The translations under genes were made by a program, and so were the position numbers. This document shows positions 58,162 to 64,000 of a DNA stretch of 64,000 nucleotides, in pieces (the first letter of the stretch is position 1; every line of letters begins with the position of its first letter). The notes beneath the pieces were generated by a model, which saw only the letters and a program-made list of their open reading frames with translations, had not been told where the DNA came from and searched no databases. This stretch comes from Bdellovibrio sp. ZAP7 (GTDB taxonomy: Bacteria; Bdellovibrionota_B; Oligoflexia; Oligoflexales; RGVZ01), in the NCBI GenBank assembly GCA_945900755.1, contig CAMDKS010000009.1, forward strand, positions 10,702 through 74,701, written 5' to 3'.

Positions 58162-61100
58162 ATGAAATTAAAAAGCAACAAATTTGTTATTTCAACAATT
58201 GCCCTAATTGTGATGATTTTTGTTGGGAATTTTTTAATCGATAATCCCTACACTCACAGCCTTGCAAATTATTACTTAAACGAGAATTTCCTAAAAAAAC
58301 TGCCGGTTCATGCTGAATATCAAAGCATGCGCATTGCGCTATTTCCTCCTAGCGTTATCATTTATGGCGCAAAAGTAATTTCGCAATCAAAAACTGGTCC
58401 AGACTTAGATTTTCTGACCGTGTCCACGGTTGAATTTAAGGTTTCCCTGTGGTCAATGTTCATGGCGCGCCCGCAATGGGGTGACTTAGAGCTAAAGGAT
58501 TTAAATCTTACTTGGCCTCCCCCGCCAGAATTCCTCACGGCGCTTGAGGCCCTGAACACTCATCCGAGCACTCCCTCAAAAAACCTACCTAGCTGGCCTC
58601 CGCCAATTCCTCCGCCTATTACTTCGCTTAAGATTTCAAATAGCTCAATCAACGCCAAATTTTCCGGCGTTTCAATCAACACAAATCAAGATCCTCAGGA
58701 GATAACCAGCATCGCGACCGAGGGTTTGAATTTGGACATTCAAATTCACGATTGGAAATCGTTCACCATTGACCTCAGTATCGCTCAAGCAACGGTAACG
58801 GACTCGATCGGATCTTATGTCGAAAATGGCGCTTTAAAAATGCGAGGGGAGATGAATGACAATTTATTTAAAGCTAGAAAATTTGAATTGAATTCGTCAA
58901 GACTGAATTTTTCTGGATCAACGGTGGCCGAATTAATTCTTGCGAAAGACAGCAAAACAATATCAACACTGAATTTGTCCGTTATTTTAGATATCTTCCA
59001 AGCTGACATGAGTTTAGCTGGATCCTTCTTGGATATTCCTGGCTGTCGAGGCCCGATCTCTGGCCAAGCCTCCAGCACCCTCATCATTCCAATAACCACG
59101 AAGGCACCTTTGTCATTTTCTACGAATGCTAAAATCAAAAGTACAGATTCTCGGTTTTATGATTTTAGATTATATGAAACCGAATCTGACCTTAAAATTG
59201 ATCTGGACAAAATCGAATTTAAAAACACAAAGATAAAAATGTCAGACCAATCCCTTGCAGCAGGAAGCGGCTATATTATGTTTGACAAAGCGGTCACCTA
59301 TGATTTCAGCCTAGTACCTACCGCACTGCCTATGAGGGATTTGCTTGGCATTTTTAACGTCGATTTCGATGTGATAAATTTCGATCTAACTAGCCCACTG
59401 TTAAAAATTTCCGGCATTGGCGATCCCTTTCGAATGGTCGTCGCCTCCGCGTCAGCATTGACCAATTTTTCGACGCCCTCCGTCGATTATGACCATACCC
59501 GCCACAAAGAGTCTCCACAGTGCGACCTTGATTTTGATCTGCGGGTTGATTCCGACGCTTTGACCTTTAGGAACGGCTCAGGGATTTGCCGGATCGAAGG
59601 TAAAGACACACGCCCGGGAAAATTTTCACTAGGAATAACTGGATTTTCAGCCTTCGACTCCAAGCGCGGAATCAATCTTACTATGACCTCTGACACATTT
59701 AATCCTGCACCTCTGACCTATTTTTCCCAAGCAAGCCTTGAAGGTGTGGGTACGATGAAAACAGTGATTCACGGCCCATACAATGCAGTAAAGGTGGATT
59801 TTGAGACAAAGCTTGATGATCTGATCATCGGGTCTACACACCTAGGGTCATTAAATCTAAACATGCAAATCGCCGATGAAAAAGTGACTTGGGACAAAAT
59901 CAATATTAAAACTCACAACGGTGGCCGCATCATAAGCAATCAAGGTAGCCTCCTTATGAACGACGCCCTTGACATCGATTTTTCTATGGCCGCAGAGAAT
60001 GTTGACCATGGAGTTGTTGGCGAGGCCATCCGCAATATCACTGATGACCGGTATAGTGTTGAATTTCTGGCAAAACACATTGATGCAAAAATGCGTGGTC
60101 CTCTTATGAGTCCTTTGCGTTGGCAAGGAGACGTCAACCTAGATATTCAGGCGGCCCGAGATCGCGACTACTCTTTCGCACAAGCCATTAAAGGCACGAT
60201 TAAGGGCAACAATAATGGGTACACAACCGAAGGCTTGGCGGTGCATGCTGGCGGCAGTAACATTCAAGTCACCGCAAAGCACACCTGGGACAAAACTCAA
60301 AACAGTTCAACGTTTATGGGAGGCCTAGGCTTCTCGGAAAGCGATTTGCTTGAGATGACTGCAAATATTGAAGCTATCCCAAATTCCGGAGACTATGTTC
60401 GCTTGATTCCTGTTCTTGGCCTTCTTGCTGCAAACTACGGCATTTCGACAGATATCTCAGGGTCCGCAAAATTTGCGGGAACTCTTGGCAAGCAAACAGG
60501 AAGTGCCAAATATGTCCTAGCGAATTCAAAATTATTGGGGGCGCCACTAAGCGATGTAGCAGGAACACTTCTCGTCGACGGCTCGAAACTGGACATCATG
60601 GCGGAGCAGGGCGGCAACGCAGTTAAGGCTCGGGTAAATCTTGATTTTGGCAAGCCGAAGACTCCATTTAGTTGGTATATCACCGCAAAAAATGCCGATT
60701 TTAGGCCATGGATGCCTGCAGCAATGGCATTGGACGCAAGAAATTTTGCCTATTTGACAGCTACTTGGAGCCTCCAAGGTACGCTGGATAATTGGTGGGA
60801 AAGCACCGGCGAATTATTTCTTAAGGACCTTCGCTTACGCTTTAATCCAACAGCGACAAAAAATTCACAGCGCCTAGATTTCCGTACCGCCCATTCATCT
60901 AAGATTATGTTTAATGGCTCAAACTGGGTATTGGAGGGAGGCCAGCCAATGACTGTCACCAGTAGCTTGGGAGAGCTTCAGATTGGATTGAAGAATCACC
61001 ACCCCCCTTCAAACCTTGGCATTACCGTAAATGGAAAAATTGATGTGGCCACCTTTCGGCTATTCGATGCCGATGTCGAAACCGCAAATGGGACTCTCAT

Positions 61101-62376
61101 AGCTAGCGGAGGCATCTCTGGCTCAACGTCGGAGCCAACCATCGATATTTCTGTCAAAAACCAAGAAGTAAATGGGTTACCTGCTGATCTTGCCCTCGGC
61201 TTCAGCCGCTTTAGGCCGTCTTTTCAAAACATTTTGTTAGATGCTAAAATTAATTCAAACGGCGTAACTTTTAATAAAATTAGTGCACAAAAAGGGAACG
61301 GCACAATTTCAATGACAGGATTTTTAGCTCGTCCGGGCTTGGGTGACGAGTCCGACATGACGATTAATCTCGACAATGCATCATTTCTCTATCCTTTTCC
61401 TATTATAAAATACTTTGATACGAGTATTGATGGCCAAGTCAAAATTACAGGCAGTGGACAACCTTGGAATGCGGGAGGACGCATCACGATACGAAAAGCC
61501 CGCTCAAACCGAGATGTCGATATTCGAGAGGCGATCTTTGAAAGTTTGAGGTCAAAATCAGCCTCTGATTCAGTTGATTCGATTTTACCATCTTTAAATC
61601 TTGATATCGGTGTCGTTGCAGACAAATCGATTGGCTTCAGCAGCCGAACCGGACAAGCGCAATTGTCGAGCGACTTACACATCGGAGGAACTGACATATC
61701 ACCCAGCATCTTGGGTCTAATCGACGTTTCGAAAGGACGCTTCTTTTATAAGCGACATTTTGAAATTGACAGAGGCTTAATAAACTTTGATGACCCAATT
61801 GTGGCTGACCCCGCCCTAGATATTTCCGCCGTTAGTGATGTTTCTTCCTACAGGGTTTCTATCGGAATTACGGGACGGGCGAGTGCGCCAAAAATTGATT
61901 TCACGGTCGATCCTGCGAACCGCCCCAACGGCGCTCCCATATCAAAAATGGAAATTATTGGCCTCCTCAGTCGCGGCTCTCTATCAGAGGGTGGCTCGCA
62001 AAATAATTCTGAGTCGGCCGCTGCGGCTGAGGCTCTGAACCTGCTTGCAGGGCAAGTTGAGGACACCGTACAAAAAATATTCGACTTGTCGGGACAAAAT
62101 GTGATCAAGCAGGTCTATATTGATACATATGCCGATTCTGAAGGCACTCCCATCGCTCGCTTCAATTTGCCATTAAATATTACTGAGGACTTTGATGTCA
62201 TACTTAAGTGGGATCCCTCCACGGTAAAAGTATCGTCAGAATATAGCCTTCATGATAGCATTTCACTTACAGGCGGTATTGAAAGTATCAATGAAAAAAA
62301 CGGCACTTCAAGCAAAACTAGTGGCGCTCCAGCGGACACGGGCGTTGACCTCAAATTTAAATTTTCGTTTCAATAG
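58162..62376 (+). CDS. tamB: translocation and assembly module protein TamB (AsmA-like, DUF490 C-terminus)
   Basis: 1404 aa. N-terminal signal-anchor, a long beta-rich body, and the C-terminal pattern GGTDISPSILGLIDVSKGRFFYKRHFEIDRGLINFDDPIVADPALDISA..YRVSIGITGRASAPKIDFTVDP. Confidence 0.85.
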   Translation: MKLKSNKFVISTIALIVMIFVGNFLIDNPYTHSLANYYLNENFLKKLPVHAEYQSMRIALFPPSVIIYGAKVISQSKTGPDLDFLTVSTVEFKVSLWSMFMARPQWGDLELKDLNLTWPPPPEFLTALEALNTHPSTPSKNLPSWPPPIPPPITSLKISNSSINAKFSGVSINTNQDPQEITSIATEGLNLDIQIHDWKSFTIDLSIAQATVTDSIGSYVENGALKMRGEMNDNLFKARKFELNSSRLNFSGSTVAELILAKDSKTISTLNLSVILDIFQADMSLAGSFLDIPGCRGPISGQASSTLIIPITTKAPLSFSTNAKIKSTDSRFYDFRLYETESDLKIDLDKIEFKNTKIKMSDQSLAAGSGYIMFDKAVTYDFSLVPTALPMRDLLGIFNVDFDVINFDLTSPLLKISGIGDPFRMVVASASALTNFSTPSVDYDHTRHKESPQCDLDFDLRVDSDALTFRNGSGICRIEGKDTRPGKFSLGITGFSAFDSKRGINLTMTSDTFNPAPLTYFSQASLEGVGTMKTVIHGPYNAVKVDFETKLDDLIIGSTHLGSLNLNMQIADEKVTWDKINIKTHNGGRIISNQGSLLMNDALDIDFSMAAENVDHGVVGEAIRNITDDRYSVEFLAKHIDAKMRGPLMSPLRWQGDVNLDIQAARDRDYSFAQAIKGTIKGNNNGYTTEGLAVHAGGSNIQVTAKHTWDKTQNSSTFMGGLGFSESDLLEMTANIEAIPNSGDYVRLIPVLGLLAANYGISTDISGSAKFAGTLGKQTGSAKYVLANSKLLGAPLSDVAGTLLVDGSKLDIMAEQGGNAVKARVNLDFGKPKTPFSWYITAKNADFRPWMPAAMALDARNFAYLTATWSLQGTLDNWWESTGELFLKDLRLRFNPTATKNSQRLDFRTAHSSKIMFNGSNWVLEGGQPMTVTSSLGELQIGLKNHHPPSNLGITVNGKIDVATFRLFDADVETANGTLIASGGISGSTSEPTIDISVKNQEVNGLPADLALGFSRFRPSFQNILLDAKINSNGVTFNKISAQKGNGTISMTGFLARPGLGDESDMTINLDNASFLYPFPIIKYFDTSIDGQVKITGSGQPWNAGGRITIRKARSNRDVDIREAIFESLRSKSASDSVDSILPSLNLDIGVVADKSIGFSSRTGQAQLSSDLHIGGTDISPSILGLIDVSKGRFFYKRHFEIDRGLINFDDPIVADPALDISAVSDVSSYRVSIGITGRASAPKIDFTVDPANRPNGAPISKMEIIGLLSRGSLSEGGSQNNSESAAAAEALNLLAGQVEDTVQKIFDLSGQNVIKQVYIDTYADSEGTPIARFNLPLNITEDFDVILKWDPSTVKVSSEYSLHDSISLTGGIESINEKNGTSSKTSGAPADTGVDLKFKFSFQ

Positions 62377-64000
62377 AACGGGGACTAGAATTTCTGGTGC
62401 CGTTTTTTGCCTACTTTTCCAGTTATTTAGTCTCTTAATAGGTAGCACTGCACTAGCTCTTTCTGAGGAACAGCCTACAAATTGGACTATTTCGGAAGAT
62501 CTAGGAATTTCTCCTGCAGAAAATATCCGCCTTCATAAAAGATCACCAAATGCTGAAAGTCAGAACGACTTTGAAGTGATTTTAACCTCCCTGGCGCTTA
62601 GGCATGCTTATTCAAAGCTGTGGATCGAGCCATCCAATGGCGGCTGGCAAGTTCGCGGAACCAAGGGAGTGGCCATTAGGCAAATCAACTTTCAGCTCGC
62701 CCCGATCGTTTTACTAAATGATTTGCGAAGCACCGTTGCTCCATATATTGGACAGGTGCATTCTGACGAACTACTAAGCAGAGTTTCTCATGATGTCGAA
62801 GTCCGCCTCCAACGACTTGGGTATTCGTTTTCGAAAGTAAGTCGTTCATCAAAAATGTCCGAAGATGGCATGGAATACACCTTTAAACTCGACATCGGCG
62901 ATCCATGCATTGTAAAGGGATATAAATGGCAAGAACCTCCCCCAATAGCCATCGATCAATTTCTTGCGCCAGGAGACCTTTGTACGGACGCAGATGCCGC
63001 TAAAGCCGTTTCGGAAACTGAAATCAAAGCACGGAATGCCGGCTATATTAACGCAAACTTGGTATTCAGTGGCTTTGAGTTTGTGGGACGCTCAAGTAAT
63101 GCCATGATTGTGGTCAAGGGAGATTTCGGACCGAAAGTTATTTATGAGTTCGTGAATCAAGCCACAGGTAGAAGCTTATCGTCGGTATTTTCTAACACCG
63201 ATATGCAAGCCTTCGATCCTGCGATACTTAGTCCCGACTCGGTCAATTTTGAGCTGACTAGGCAGCTCAAAATGAGAGGGTTTGGCAACCCACAAATTTC
63301 AAGTACCGAGACACCCCATGGGGATGTCGGCACAATTGTTTATACCTTTTCCGTGTTACTTGGTGAGAACACCACCATTGCTCGATTGCAGATTGAGGGT
63401 AATGTTGCATTTTCCACTTCGGAAATTCTTTCTCTCCTTGAAATTGAACGGCCGTCCCAAGGCGACGACCAACTTTCACTGGTTATTTTTAATCCTGACG
63501 CACTTGCCGCTGGAGTTGAAAGAATACGTATTAATTATGTAAATAAAGGATTCTGGGACGTAAAGGTCGTTGATCGGCAGGTAGAGAGTCAGGGCAATAA
63601 TGGACAAAACTCCCGCGTGGCCGTGGTCATAACTATTCAAGAGGGCGAGCGCCGAGTTTTCCACAGCGTAAAAATCGTAGGAAATTCAGCCATCCCCCTT
63701 TCGGATATTTCGGAATTGGTCACATGGTCAGAAGGCGCGCCTTTGGACCGAAGTGAAATTCTTGAACTACAGCAGAGAATTCGCAGCTTTTACGCACTCA
63801 AAGGGTATTTCTATACCACCGTTTTAGGCGAGGTGAACGCCTTAAATCATGTTAATGGACAACTAGAAACTATGGTAGTCATCCGGTTAAATGAAGGTCC
63901 TCGTGTTCGATTTGGCGATGTATTTATCACCGGCCTAATAAAAACAGACCCCAAAGTTGTGATGAGAGAGCTGTATTTTGACACGGGCGACTGGTACGAT
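62291..64000 (+). CDS. BamA/TamA-family outer-membrane protein, POTRA-repeat region (3' end beyond the window)
   Basis: Missing from the ORF track because there is no stop in the window. Hand-checked frame: signal peptide ..ISGAVFCLLFQLFSLLIGSTALA. Repeated POTRA-like units follow (e.g. IARLQIEGNVAFSTSEILSLLEI, VFHSVKIVGNSAIPLSDISELV, VRFGDVFITGLIKTDPKVVMREL). Start is ambiguous: ATG 62252, ATG 62291, GTG 62321 or TTG 62345, all overlapping the tamB 3' end. Confidence 0.8.
   Translation, partial: MKKTALQAKLVALQRTRALTSNLNFRFNRTGTRISGAVFCLLFQLFSLLIGSTALALSEEQPTNWTISEDLGISPAENIRLHKRSPNAESQNDFEVILTSLALRHAYSKLWIEPSNGGWQVRGTKGVAIRQINFQLAPIVLLNDLRSTVAPYIGQVHSDELLSRVSHDVEVRLQRLGYSFSKVSRSSKMSEDGMEYTFKLDIGDPCIVKGYKWQEPPPIAIDQFLAPGDLCTDADAAKAVSETEIKARNAGYINANLVFSGFEFVGRSSNAMIVVKGDFGPKVIYEFVNQATGRSLSSVFSNTDMQAFDPAILSPDSVNFELTRQLKMRGFGNPQISSTETPHGDVGTIVYTFSVLLGENTTIARLQIEGNVAFSTSEILSLLEIERPSQGDDQLSLVIFNPDALAAGVERIRINYVNKGFWDVKVVDRQVESQGNNGQNSRVAVVITIQEGERRVFHSVKIVGNSAIPLSDISELVTWSEGAPLDRSEILELQQRIRSFYALKGYFYTTVLGEVNALNHVNGQLETMVVIRLNEGPRVRFGDVFITGLIKTDPKVVMRELYFDTGDWYD

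Overview
This is a gene-dense chromosomal segment of a Gram-negative bacterium. Lys/Ala/Pro tails, sigma-54 promoters and TamB next to a BamA-like gene suggest a Bdellovibrionota/Oligoflexia-type genome, but that is a weak guess I cannot verify without a search.

- **1-32 kb:** housekeeping and signalling genes: an S1-domain protein, a binding protein plus hybrid histidine kinase, orn, a DsbA-like oxidoreductase, PilZ, a degenerate RecQ-like/MBL/thioredoxin-fold operon, lysC, a CheY-like regulator, a KH protein, nagZ, corC-ybeY, trmB, RNase P RNA, an MCP, fadH, hpt and deoA. Orphan genes are interspersed.
- **32.7-54 kb:** a ~21-kb surface-polysaccharide locus. It holds a Wzc-like co-polymerase/ATPase, GT9, an MsbA/PglK-like ABC exporter, a WecG/TagA-type transferase, a single-SLBB export protein, an initiating sugar-phosphate transferase, a GT-C/ArnT-like enzyme, a Wzy_C ligase/polymerase, an acyltransferase, three SAM methyltransferases and two GT2 enzymes. 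It also has two orphan secreted proteins and a decayed gene remnant.
- **54-64 kb:** an orphan lipoprotein, then a receiver-like/TPR protein, ExeA-like ATPase, TamB and BamA-like operon that runs off the window.

Three genes are absent from the ORF track and were recovered by hand: the S1-domain gene (1-668, minus), RNase P RNA (20168-20628, minus; the ORFs drawn there are spurious) and the BamA-like gene (~62.3 kb to the end).

I saw no rRNA, tRNA, CRISPR array, transposase, integrase, prophage or recognisable defence or toxin-antitoxin system. Nothing here is demonstrably a new system. The best follow-up candidates are:
- the receiver-like/TPR + ATPase + TamB + BamA-like operon;
- a 795-aa lipoprotein-like orphan with a ParB/sulfiredoxin-like DGNHR C-terminal domain;
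- a RecQ-fold protein with all catalytic motifs replaced, in an operon with an MBL hydrolase;
- two COG1373-type AAA+ genes with conspicuous palindromic control regions;
- two near-consensus sigma-54 promoters;
- a short peptide motif shared by three small orphan proteins.

All functional calls rest on by-eye motif recognition, not database searches.
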